From an uncultured delta proteobacterium (GTDB lineage: Bacteria > Desulfobacterota > BSN033 > UBA1163): a stretch of DNA of 64,000 bases. The stretch is taken from assembly GCA_963708295.1 (NCBI GenBank), contig CAVPSJ010000001.1:66747-130746 (forward strand), in the 5' to 3' direction. Made by a program: the position numbers and the translations under genes. Position 1 is the first letter of the stretch. Each line of letters starts with the position of its first letter. The notes beneath the pieces were generated by a model. The model did not search any database and was not told the DNA's origin. It saw nothing but the letters and a program-made list of their open reading frames with translations. This document shows, in pieces, positions 32,313-41,039 of this stretch.

Positions 32313-33501
32313 ATGAATAGAATTACGATTATCTCAAAGGGAATGGTCGTCATCCTTCTCTTTGTATTAGCTCCATTTGCCTTCGGCCAAGGTCATTCCT
32401 GAAGATCCAACCAGGGGGGGCCAACTCTTTGTAAGCAAAGGATGCGCGAAATGCCATGCCCTTAAAGGCGAGGGAGGTAAGATCGGACCCGATCTGGGCA
32501 AGATAGATTTAGGTGACACCCAATTGAATCTGGCTGCAAAAATCTGGAATCATACCCCGTCCATGATCACCGAGATGGAGAGCACGGGAATGATCAAACC
32601 CACGCTGACCGGTCAGGAATTTGCTGAGATCTCAGCCTATCTCTACTTTCTTAGATTCTTTGATGAACCGGGAAATCCGGCAAAAGGGAGATCTGTGTAT
32701 GCTGAGAAAGGCTGCTTTTTTTGCCATCCCTCTTCAGGCAAAGGCAGAGAAGGTGTATCGGGTCTCGACGGATTTCCAAAGAATGCGTCACCTGCTTTCT
32801 TGAGTCAGGCGATTTGGAACCATTGCCTAGACATGATCGTCCGCATGGTTGAGATCGGAATGAAGTGGCCCAAATTTTGGGAACAGGAGATGATGGATCT
32901 TTTGGAATATATCAAGACCAACGCAAAGGGAGGGGAGGAAATTGCTTTCTTCAAGCCCGGCAATCCGAAAGAGGGTAAACAGGTCTTCACCTCGAAGGGA
33001 TGTATCCAATGCCACTCCATCCGTGGTGAAGGCGCAAAGGGAGGAGTGGATCTCGGCGAAGACGGCAGAAGCTTCTTATACAAGCCTCACCCGAGATCGC
33101 TTCCAGTATGTGGAATAAAGGGCCTACCGTTTTAGTCAGGATCGCTCAGACCCAGTGCGGTATTCCCAAGTTTACATCGAAAGAGATGGCAGACCTTCTT
33201 GCTTATCTTTACTTCCTCCATTTTACGGATCCAGCCCGGGAATAGAGCGAATGGGGAAAGAATATTTTCAATCATCGGGTGTTCACAATGTCATGCCCGG
33301 GAAGGGAAATCCGGCAAACTGACGTATATCGATCTTTCAAAATACGAGACCACCGCTGAGATGGAGATCGTCGCGAGTATGTGGAATCACAGCAAAGAGA
33401 TCCAGAGGGCCGTGGGGGAACAAAATATGCCCTGGCCCCAATTCGTAGAGGGAGAGATGGCGGATCTTCTCGAATTTATTCGGACCCCCAAGAAGAAATA
33501 G
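32313..33501 (+). CDS. Multi-domain c-type cytochrome (4 CxxCH), broken by about 3 frameshifts
   Basis: Signal peptide MNRITIISKG..FAFGQ; CAKCH, CFFCH, CIQCH, CSQCH each followed by a WN(H/K) motif; frame changes near 32390, 33060-33095 and 33225. Confidence 0.75.
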
Positions 33502-33599
33502 AATGGCAAGCAGTTATTCCATATGGAGCCGAGCGCTTCTTTATCAAAGATTCTTACAGGGGAGGTGAGGTTTCGGGGGCGGAACAGTTGGGAGGAAGG

Positions 33600-33779
33600 T
33601 CAGCTCTTTTCTCCTAATTTCTTGATCTCTTTCTGAACGTCCTGCCACATGTGGCCGTGGAGGGTGAGGGTAAGCTTACAAAAGGGACAGGTGAGGACAG
33701 CCCCTTCGATCAGTTCTTTCACAAGGTATTCCGTCTTCCGGCCGCAGACCGGACAAGAGAAGGGTATTTTATTTTCCAT
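33600..33779 (-). CDS. Small 59-aa zinc-ribbon protein (not in ORF track)
   Basis: MENKIPFSCPVCGRKTEYLVKELIEGAVLTCPFCKLTLTLHGHMWQDVQKEIKKLGEKS*; starts 15 bp after the amrS stop. Confidence 0.7.
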   Translation of the reverse strand: MENKIPFSCPVCGRKTEYLVKELIEGAVLTCPFCKLTLTLHGHMWQDVQKEIKKLGEKS

Positions 33780-33794
33780 TTGACATCTCTAACT

Positions 33795-34985
33795 TCACAC
33801 CCAGATTCCAGGGATAGGTTTTCCGCAGTACCTGCACTTTCCATCCCTCAAGTTGACCTCGCCCACCATGTATCCCGTCCGCTGGATGATCATCTTCTTG
33901 CATTTCGGGCAGAAGGTATTCTCGCCTGCATGGCCCGGAATGTTCCCAACGTAAACATACTCAAGGCCTGCGGACGAAGCTGCCTCCCGTGCCTTGTCAA
34001 GCGTTGAAACCGGAGTTGGAGGAAGGCTCTTGAGTTTGTAAAGAGGGTAGAATCGAGAGAAATGGATCGGGGTATCCGCTCCCAACTCCCTTTTGATCCA
34101 GAGGCACATCTCTCTTAGCACAGACAGGTCATCATTCTTTGTAGGGATGATGAGGTTTGTGATCTCGAGGTGGACTTTTTCTTTTTTCAGCGTCTTTAAT
34201 GTTTCAAGGACGGGATGGAGTTCCCCGGCGCATAATTCACGATAAAAATTCTCCGTAAATCCCTTCAAATCGATGTTGGCTGCGTCTAACACGTTGCATA
34301 GGTTTTTGAGAGGTCCCGGATTAATGAAGCCATTGGAGTGAGTTACATTCAGAAGACCTTCTCTCTTTGCCCGTTGGCCAATGTCAACCATGTACTCGTA
34401 GAAAATGGTAGGTTCTACATAGGTGTAAGCAATGGAACGGGCGCCGATTTCCTTTGCCTTCTTCACCATCATCTCGGGCGGGGCCTCAAAGCTGTAGACC
34501 TCCTCGGGAAATGCCTGAGAGATTTCCCAATTCTGACAAAACTTGCACTGAAAGTTGCACCCCACGGTTGCGAGGGAAAGGGAGGTCGTGCCGGGGAGGA
34601 CGTGGAAAAGAGGCTTTTTCTCGATAGGATCTAAATGAACCGCACAAGGATTTCCGTAAACCAGACTGTAATAGCTCCCATCCCTGTTTTCCCTTACTTT
34701 GCAAATGCCCCTCTTTCCTTTGGCAACGCGGCAGCGGTGAGGGCAGAGTTCACACTGGATTGCTCCTCCTTCGAGCGGAGTGAAATAAGGAGAAAGCTTT
34801 GTTTTGATCAACCCCTTTTTTGCCGCCTGGGCCCTGGCGGTTTCGGAAAAGCCAAAGAGATATGCGGCGGAGAACAGGCAGAAGCCTGCCCCGCAAAGGC
34901 TTAAGAATCCTCGTTTGCTCAGCCGGGGATCAAATGCGACTTTGGCCTTCATCAAGTTCTCAAGGTGAAGAAGAGGTTCACTCAT
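33795..34985 (-). CDS. amrS: AmmeMemoRadiSam system radical SAM enzyme with Tat-like leader
   Basis: CELCPHRC..GICKVR, DPIEKKPLFH, GCNFQCKFCQNWEISQ, YVYVGN, C-terminal CPKC/CRYC. Confidence 0.88.
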   Translation of the reverse strand: MSEPLLHLENLMKAKVAFDPRLSKRGFLSLCGAGFCLFSAAYLFGFSETARAQAAKKGLIKTKLSPYFTPLEGGAIQCELCPHRCRVAKGKRGICKVRENRDGSYYSLVYGNPCAVHLDPIEKKPLFHVLPGTTSLSLATVGCNFQCKFCQNWEISQAFPEEVYSFEAPPEMMVKKAKEIGARSIAYTYVEPTIFYEYMVDIGQRAKREGLLNVTHSNGFINPGPLKNLCNVLDAANIDLKGFTENFYRELCAGELHPVLETLKTLKKEKVHLEITNLIIPTKNDDLSVLREMCLWIKRELGADTPIHFSRFYPLYKLKSLPPTPVSTLDKAREAASSAGLEYVYVGNIPGHAGENTFCPKCKKMIIQRTGYMVGEVNLRDGKCRYCGKPIPGIWV

Positions 34986-35052
34986 TCCCTGTTTCCATCT
35001 TCAGATCTCTTTCCAAGGGTAACATAAGATTACTTCGAAATGGATTGAGGTG

Positions 35053-35142
35053 TCAATATCCTTCAGGAACATCATACTTGTTTCGACTTCCCTTGTGGAT
35101 TTCGATCATCGCAGTGAGGGTCATTTGGCTTTTCTTACGCAT
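35053..35142 (-). pseudogene. Possible N-terminal remnant of inorganic pyrophosphatase
   Basis: MRKKSQMTLTAMIEIHKGSRNKYDVPEGY* matches the family I PPase motif IEIPKGSRNKY. Confidence 0.5.
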
Positions 35143-35233
35143 CTTTTTGTCTCCACGATGTTGTAGATTCCTATTCTTATTCCATTAGACACCCCCTAAG
35201 AGGAAACCAAGAATGAAATTCTGATGTTTTTTC

Positions 35234-35262
35234 TTGCTTCAAGGCTAATAAAAACCTATAAT
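35234..35262 (+). promoter_or_regulatory. Putative sigma70 promoter of the RRM gene
   Basis: TTGCTT-N17-TATAAT. Confidence 0.6.
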
Positions 35263-35305
35263 TAGACGAAATTAGTTGCCTAGAGCCTCTTCAGGTACGA
35301 ATGTT

Positions 35306-35349
35306 AAGCCCGCAAAGAACTCTGAACAACTTCTTCACGGGCTTTTTTT
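35306..35349 (+). terminator. Terminator-like hairpin in the RRM gene leader
   Basis: AAGCCCG...CGGGCTT followed by a T run. Confidence 0.5.
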
Positions 35350-35425
35350 ATGAAGGCATTAAATTCGTTTGAAGGTTATAGTATTCAGTCCGTTCAGTGA
35401 ACGCAATCTCAAGGCGGAGGAAAAA

Positions 35426-35713
35426 ATGAATCGGAAACCGAAAATAAGCAAGAAAATTTACGTTGCCAACCTTCCCCTGCAGACCAGTGAACCCGAGCTG
35501 AGAGCTCTCTTCTCCAGTGCGGGGGATGTGATGTCTGTTAAGATCGTAAAGGATAGACAGACCAGCCAACCCAGAGGTTTTGCCTTCGTGGAGATGTCGA
35601 CCCAATGGGAAGCCCGCAGGGCTGTCTCCATGTTGAATCGAAAAAACTTCATGGGGAAGGACTTACTGGTGAAGGAGGCCAGAGTCAGCCGCGGTTTTCG
35701 AGACAATTGGTGA
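35426..35713 (+). CDS. RNA-binding protein (RRM domain)
   Basis: RNP2 IYVANL, RNP1 RGFAFVEM; RBS GGAGG. Confidence 0.92.
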   Translation: MNRKPKISKKIYVANLPLQTSEPELRALFSSAGDVMSVKIVKDRQTSQPRGFAFVEMSTQWEARRAVSMLNRKNFMGKDLLVKEARVSRGFRDNW

Positions 35714-35804
35714 TACAGAGAAGAGGGCGAGAAAATTCACTCGTTCCGGGAAGTCTATCACAAAGGAAAATGAGAACAAGGTGCGGACGGAAGGAGGGGG
35801 TATC

Positions 35805-36065
35805 GTGAACCATGAAAGGCTTGAATGGATTATATCAGGATTAACCCGATATCAATTAACCGAAAAGGAAGACCAATTTGTTAAGTCGGCAGAGGTTGAT
35901 TTCAGTCAAAAGAATACCCTCACCGAAAAGCAGGAAGAAAAATTGGAGAGTCTCTATAAGGAAAAGTCAAGATTGTTGCCCAATAAAGACTATTTCTCTC
36001 CAAAGGAGAGCATCGGTCCGGTGAAAACCAGGGCGCAAAGGCGTCGTCCGCGATTTATCCCTTGA
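35805..36065 (+). CDS. Hypothetical protein
   Basis: ORF with RBS GGAGG and GTG start; no recognised motif. Confidence 0.55.
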   Translation: MNHERLEWIISGLTRYQLTEKEDQFVKSAEVDFSQKNTLTEKQEEKLESLYKEKSRLLPNKDYFSPKESIGPVKTRAQRRRPRFIP

Positions 36066-36297
36066 TGCCATCCCATCCGTCAAACCGCAGAGTAGTCTCT
36101 TTGCTTTAAAATCAGAGTTGACCATTCCAGTCTCGGAAGAACCGTGTGGCACGGTAGAAAATGAGATCCGTTTCGGATAGCGATATCAGCCTAATGAGGC
36201 TTATGAACGCATCTGTTCGGCCGTCTTCCAATAGGTTTCTAGATATCGACTAAAAAGTGTGGGAGGGTCCCCATTTTTTAAGGCCGATAGGATCTGT

Positions 36298-36325
36298 TTG
36301 ACAACGTTGATCTTTTTGCTATAGT
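36298..36325 (+). promoter_or_regulatory. Putative sigma70 promoter (extended -10)
   Basis: TTGACA-N16-TATAGT, with TG immediately upstream of the -10 (TGcTATAGT). Confidence 0.65.
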
Positions 36326-36329
36326 GGAG

Positions 36330-36470
36330 CTACCTTCCTGAGTTGAGAGAGCGACACGTCAACGTCATGGCCTAGGCGGGAACATGTCTCGTTCGGACGG
36401 GGTGGGCGGGAAGCTTCAGCTTCTCCTATGAACAGGCTGGGTTTCCCGCAACCCGGCAACGAGAAGGTGG
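36330..36470 (+). ncRNA. Candidate structured leader RNA (unassigned)
   Basis: Closing stem CTACCTTC/GAAGGTGG enclosing three hairpins; starts at the expected transcription start. Confidence 0.45.
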
Positions 36471-36475
36471 ACGAA

Positions 36476-37057
36476 ATGGCTTCTTACCGAAGTTTTAACG
36501 AGCTTAGTCAGCATGAGGTGGAAGGCCAGGACTATCGAATCAGGATGGAATGGAGAGATCCACACGTTCTGATCATGGCGCCTCATGGGGGGAAGATTGA
36601 GCCGACGACAGCAACGATCGCTGAAGGGATCGCAGGGGACGATTATTCCTTTTACTGTTTCGAGGGATTGAAAGCGGACGGGAATGGGGTCCTTCATATT
36701 GAAAGCCATCTTTTTGATGAACCCCGGGCTCTGGAAGCCGCCGAAAAGGCGGATGTGGTGATCACCGTGCATGGGCAGAGGGATCAGAAAGATGAAAGGG
36801 TGATGATGGGTGGCCTTCATACCAGCTTACGATTAGAAATAGAGCGCCAATTAGGAGCAGCTGGCTTTCAAAGCCGACCTGCACCGGAGGGGCTGACGGG
36901 GAGGGACCCGCTGAATATTTGCAATCGAGGGAAATTAGGGCAGGGCGTGCAATTAGAGGTCAGCCGGAAGGTTCGCGATTTGCTCAGAAATGACCGGGGT
37001 CGACTTCGCTTATTTGCGGAAGCCGTGAGGAGAGCGATCGAAGTGAGGGGATGGTGA
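36476..37057 (+). CDS. Poly-gamma-glutamate hydrolase family protein (DUF867/YjqB-like)
   Basis: APHGGKIEPTT, LHIESHLFDEP, TVHG, NICNRG, GVQLE. Confidence 0.85.
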   Translation: MASYRSFNELSQHEVEGQDYRIRMEWRDPHVLIMAPHGGKIEPTTATIAEGIAGDDYSFYCFEGLKADGNGVLHIESHLFDEPRALEAAEKADVVITVHGQRDQKDERVMMGGLHTSLRLEIERQLGAAGFQSRPAPEGLTGRDPLNICNRGKLGQGVQLEVSRKVRDLLRNDRGRLRLFAEAVRRAIEVRGW

Positions 37058-37063
37058 TTTCGT

Positions 37064-38131
37064 ATGACAAAGCTGATTAAGAAAAGGTCAATCAAGGCCG
37101 GCCTTCCGCCCGGAACGCTTGTTCATATTGGAGAGAAAAAGGTGGGAGAACCGATCATTACGCTGATCGACTACGATGAGACGAATCACCAGGAGAGCGG
37201 GATTAAAACCGCAGAGGAATGCATTCCTTTTCGTGAAAAGCCCACGGTCACGTGGATCAACGTGGAGGGCGTCCATGAAGCAAAGGTGGTTGAGAAGCTC
37301 GGCCACTGTTTCGGACTCCATCCTCTTGTCCTTGAAGATATTCTCAATACGGATCAGCGCCCGAAGATGGAAGTTTACGGGGATTACGTCTATATCGTTT
37401 TGAAGATGCTTTATGAAGGTGGCCCAAACCGTCCGGTCGAGGCCGAACAGGTGAGTTTGATTTTCGGTCCAAATTTTGTCATCTCCTTTCAGGAGGGAAA
37501 AGAAGGAGACGTTTTCAATCCGGTGAGGGAGAGGATCAGGAGTGGGAAAGGGTTGATCAGAAAAATGGGATCCGATTATCTTGTTTACTCGCTGATCGAT
37601 ACCATCGTGGACAATTATTTCTTAATCCTTGAAAGGCTGGGGGAGAAAATAGAGCTTCTCGAAGAAGCATTGGTGGCTCAACCGGCCCCCTCCACACTCC
37701 GGGAGATTCAAAAATTCAAGAATCAGATGATTTTTGTGAGGAGGGTGGTATGGCCCCTGAGAGAGGTCATCAGCAGCCTGGGCAGGAAAGAATCACCGCT
37801 CGTGAAAGAAACGACCGAGATTTATCTCAGAGATGTTTATGATCATGTGGTTCAAGTGATGGATACTGTGGAGGTCTACCGGGAGATGCTTTCGGGAATG
37901 CTGGACATTTATCTATCGAGCGTCAGCAATCGGCTGAATTCGGTGATGAAGGTGCTTACGATCATCGCTACCATATTTATGCCTCTCACCTTCATCGCTG
38001 GAATTTATGGGATGAACTTTAAATATATGCCCGAGCTGGGGTGGCGCTGGGGTTATCCGGCCATCTGGCTCGTGGTCGTCATCATTGGCGTCTCGATGTT
38101 GATTTATTTTAGGAAGAAGAAATGGCTATAA
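37064..38131 (+). CDS. corA: Magnesium/cobalt transporter CorA
   Basis: HPLVLEDILN, QRPK, YGMNF, MPEL. Confidence 0.95.
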   Translation: MTKLIKKRSIKAGLPPGTLVHIGEKKVGEPIITLIDYDETNHQESGIKTAEECIPFREKPTVTWINVEGVHEAKVVEKLGHCFGLHPLVLEDILNTDQRPKMEVYGDYVYIVLKMLYEGGPNRPVEAEQVSLIFGPNFVISFQEGKEGDVFNPVRERIRSGKGLIRKMGSDYLVYSLIDTIVDNYFLILERLGEKIELLEEALVAQPAPSTLREIQKFKNQMIFVRRVVWPLREVISSLGRKESPLVKETTEIYLRDVYDHVVQVMDTVEVYREMLSGMLDIYLSSVSNRLNSVMKVLTIIATIFMPLTFIAGIYGMNFKYMPELGWRWGYPAIWLVVVIIGVSMLIYFRKKKWL

Positions 38132-38291
38132 TCGAGAAGTGTGGACTTCCGGAAATCCTTTGCTCTTCTGATCAAGCGAGCCCTTTTGGAGCAGGACGGG
38201 ACCGTGACGATTCTCCTTGAAAGTGCGAATCCTGGAAGCCGTCCCCGAAAAACCGCTGGAAAGTGACCAGGGAAAGAATGAAGAGGAAGCC

Positions 38292-39065
38292 ATGATCATT
38301 GAGAAAGCGACGGTGAAGGATGCCGAAGAGTTATTGGCCCTTCAAAAGTTGGCTTACCGAAGCGAGGCGGAAATTTATCATGATTTCAGTCTCCCTCCAT
38401 TGGTTCAGACATTGGAAGGGGTGAAGAAGGATTTTGTAAATCAGCTTTTCCTTAAGGCCGTCACGGAAGAAGGGAGAATCCTGGGGTCAGTCAGGGCATA
38501 TGCAAAGGAAGGAACGTGTTACATCGGAAGACTGATTGTTCATCCTGATTTCCAGAGTCAAGGGATTGGAACAAAATTATTGAACGAGATGGAAGGGGTT
38601 TTTAATACCTGTCAGAGATTTGAACTATTCACGGGGGATCAGAGTGAGAGGAATCTCCGTCTTTATCAAAAGCTGGGATATAAAATATTTAAGAACGCGA
38701 AGATGACGGACCAAACAACGATCGTTTTTTTGGAGAAAAACAGCAAAACACGCGGGGGACGGTTTGACCGTGGTCAAAAGCGCTCGCCGGAGGACTTCTG
38801 CGGCGATATGAGGCAGAAGGTGATTCAAGAAGACCAAAAAACGGAATGGTATTTGAGACCGATCATTGTGGTTCTGCTCCTATTTTTCGTGTTAGGACCT
38901 TTTGGCCTGCCACTGCTTTATAAGAGTCCTAAATTCGGTAAGACGTCAAAAATAGTATTAACGATCGCAGTTGTTTTCTACACGGCCTACCTCCTCTTCG
39001 TATCGTTGGAAATCGGGAGAGAACTCTACAAGAGGATGGAGGAATTACAGGAACTCTTAAGGTAA
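38292..39065 (+). CDS. GNAT-family N-acetyltransferase, read in frame into a small membrane domain
   Basis: RLIVHPDFQSQGIGTKL, NLRLYQKLGY; C-terminal WYLRP..LGPFGLPLLYKSPKF. Confidence 0.75.
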   Translation: MIIEKATVKDAEELLALQKLAYRSEAEIYHDFSLPPLVQTLEGVKKDFVNQLFLKAVTEEGRILGSVRAYAKEGTCYIGRLIVHPDFQSQGIGTKLLNEMEGVFNTCQRFELFTGDQSERNLRLYQKLGYKIFKNAKMTDQTTIVFLEKNSKTRGGRFDRGQKRSPEDFCGDMRQKVIQEDQKTEWYLRPIIVVLLLFFVLGPFGLPLLYKSPKFGKTSKIVLTIAVVFYTAYLLFVSLEIGRELYKRMEELQELLR

Positions 39066-39113
39066 TGGCAGGGTAGGAGACGGCCAAGAGCCAAAAAGAA
39101 GGAGGTGGGATGA

Positions 39114-39548
39114 ATGAAATGGTTATCGGATAAGTGGGGGTTCTTCCTTGTTGCGCTATCGTTTTTAATTCTTGCAGGATGTGCCACCACATTTGGCGAT
39201 TTAGTAAGGTCGAAAGAAGCGGGTGAAGGGATGAGTAGAGTCTATAAAGTGGATGCTGACCAGGCCTGGGAAGTTGCTAAAAGAGTTTCACAATGGGAAG
39301 GAATAGGTGACATAAGAGAAAACCGGGCAGAGGGATACATGCTCATTAAAAGTGGGGCGGACTGGTATTATAAAGGGACTCTGATCGGGATCTGGATAGA
39401 ACCTATCGATAGAGACCAGTCCAAGGTGACAGTTATTACAAAATCAAGGAGGAGTATGGATACGATCAGGCGGGTGAGCGAAGTCGATTTTCACAAAAGT
39501 TTTGCTCTATTTGTTCAAGGACCTGACATCGGATCTGAAATCAAGTGA
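39114..39548 (+). CDS. Hypothetical lipoprotein
   Basis: RBS GGAGGT; lipobox LAGC. Confidence 0.7.
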   Translation: MKWLSDKWGFFLVALSFLILAGCATTFGDLVRSKEAGEGMSRVYKVDADQAWEVAKRVSQWEGIGDIRENRAEGYMLIKSGADWYYKGTLIGIWIEPIDRDQSKVTVITKSRRSMDTIRRVSEVDFHKSFALFVQGPDIGSEIK

Positions 39549-39713
39549 GGATAGATCTTCAAGGGCAAAAAAGGGATTTGGAAGATTCCTATGAATCTGA
39601 AATTGACAGCGCTCCTTGAACATGATAAAAAAGTCTCCAGGGGTGAAGAGGTCTTTTCAGAGCATGGAGAGCCATACCAGGACGTGAACGCTGGATGGCG
39701 GTCAGCTTAGGAT

Positions 39714-39790
39714 GGGCGATTAGCTCAGATGGATAGAGCGTTGGTCTCCGGAACCAAAGGCCGTGGGTTCAACTCCCGCATCGCCCACCA
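39714..39790 (+). tRNA. tRNA-Arg (CCG)
   Basis: Acceptor GGGCGAT/ATCGCCC-ACCA, anticodon arm TTGGT-CT-CCG-GA-ACCAA, T-loop GGTTCAACTCC. Confidence 0.95.
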
Positions 39791-39820
39791 CTCCTTTTCC
39801 TATCAGGGAACTATCGGGGT

Positions 39821-40249
39821 ATGAAAAAATGGGTCGGCACGCTCGTATCCTTCTTGCTGGTCGTTATCCTGGGAATCGGCTTCGTTTTCGGTTCTTTCTC
39901 AAATTTAGGACAGACATCCGCCGATAGGACAAAGACAGAGGGATACTTCATACACCCCGCTCAGGAGGAGAAGGAAGGGGGAGACGCAGATCCTCACCTG
40001 CTTCAGGTTTGGAAGGAAATACAAAAAAAACTGGACGAATGGCTAAGAAGACTGAATGACCGGATTGAAAAGGAGGACGTCACCCGTTTCGGGGTCCGTT
40101 TTCTGGAGATGATCAGAAATATTTTGGAATGGGCAAAAGAGAAGGTGGATGCGAGGATCGAGTCTTACGAGAAGGAAAAACCGATCCGAAAGAAAGGAGT
40201 ATTGAGAGAGACTCGCAAAGAAGGTCTGCCATTTTCTAGAATAGGATGA
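39821..40249 (+). CDS. Hypothetical membrane-anchored protein
   Basis: N-terminal hydrophobic helix; overlaps the next gene (ATGA). Confidence 0.6.
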   Translation: MKKWVGTLVSFLLVVILGIGFVFGSFSNLGQTSADRTKTEGYFIHPAQEEKEGGDADPHLLQVWKEIQKKLDEWLRRLNDRIEKEDVTRFGVRFLEMIRNILEWAKEKVDARIESYEKEKPIRKKGVLRETRKEGLPFSRIG

Positions 40250-40869
40250 AAGAAGAAAAGGTATTTATTCCGGCTGATGGGATTCGACTGGAAGGCCTCT
40301 TGAGTATTCAAGAGGCTTCTTCGTCTCGAGGCGGGGTTATCTGCTGCCATCCTCACCCGCAGTTCGGAGGAGATATGAGCCATCCTGTTGTGACGACGGC
40401 ATTGGAGGCCGCTTTTCAGGAAGGGTTTTCCACGCTTCGCTTTAACTTCAGAGGGGTGGGTGAAAGCGAAGGGTCTTACGGAGAAGGGATCGGGGAGAGG
40501 CAGGATGTAAGGGCCGCTGCCAACTACTTTGATTCAAAACTGAGAAATCGCCCCCCTCTGTTTATTCTGGTGGGATACTCTTTCGGTTCGTGGGCGGGTT
40601 TTCCGGTCGCTGTCGAGGATGAAAGGTTTGTGGGGATGGTGGCGATCGCCCCACCGCTTGAAATCTACGATTTTGGATTTCTGAAGGGATGCAGAAAGAG
40701 GAAGCTTTTCATTGCAGGGGATCGCGATTCTTTCTGTCCGTCGTCTTTGCTGGAAGGGTGGTATCAAGAGCTCGATGAACCGAAATCCCTAGCTCTTATT
40801 CCGGGAGCGGATCACTTTCTCTTTGCCCACCTCCGTCTCCTCATCCCGCCGCTTAAGAGAGTTCTTTAA
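40246..40869 (+). CDS. Alpha/beta-fold hydrolase
   Basis: HPHPQFGG, RFNFRGVGES, GYSFG, GDRD, GADHF. Confidence 0.85.
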   Translation: MKEEKVFIPADGIRLEGLLSIQEASSSRGGVICCHPHPQFGGDMSHPVVTTALEAAFQEGFSTLRFNFRGVGESEGSYGEGIGERQDVRAAANYFDSKLRNRPPLFILVGYSFGSWAGFPVAVEDERFVGMVAIAPPLEIYDFGFLKGCRKRKLFIAGDRDSFCPSSLLEGWYQELDEPKSLALIPGADHFLFAHLRLLIPPLKRVL

Positions 40870-40934
40870 GCTTATTCAGTGCCCCGACCTATGAGGTTTT
40901 CGGAGAAACTCAATTTTTTGGGTTGATCTAAAGT

Positions 40935-41039
40935 CTAGATGGAAGGCGCCCGAAATTCCAAGGAATGAGGCGACCTGGGCGAACGCCGCAATGACGAAGG
41001 ATGAGCGCAACGCCGCAGAGGGCGTTTTTCAGCAGCCTG
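40935..41039. repeat. Partial MITE-like repeat with end TTTTTCAGCAGCCT
   Basis: End shared with a degenerate copy at 53651-53684 (GCAGA(T)GGGCGTTTTTC(A/G)GCAGC); supplies the TGA of the kinase gene. Confidence 0.55.

Noticed and set aside
39714-39790. tRNA as an integration site for an island
   Set aside because: No integrase and no duplicated tRNA 3' end seen in the window
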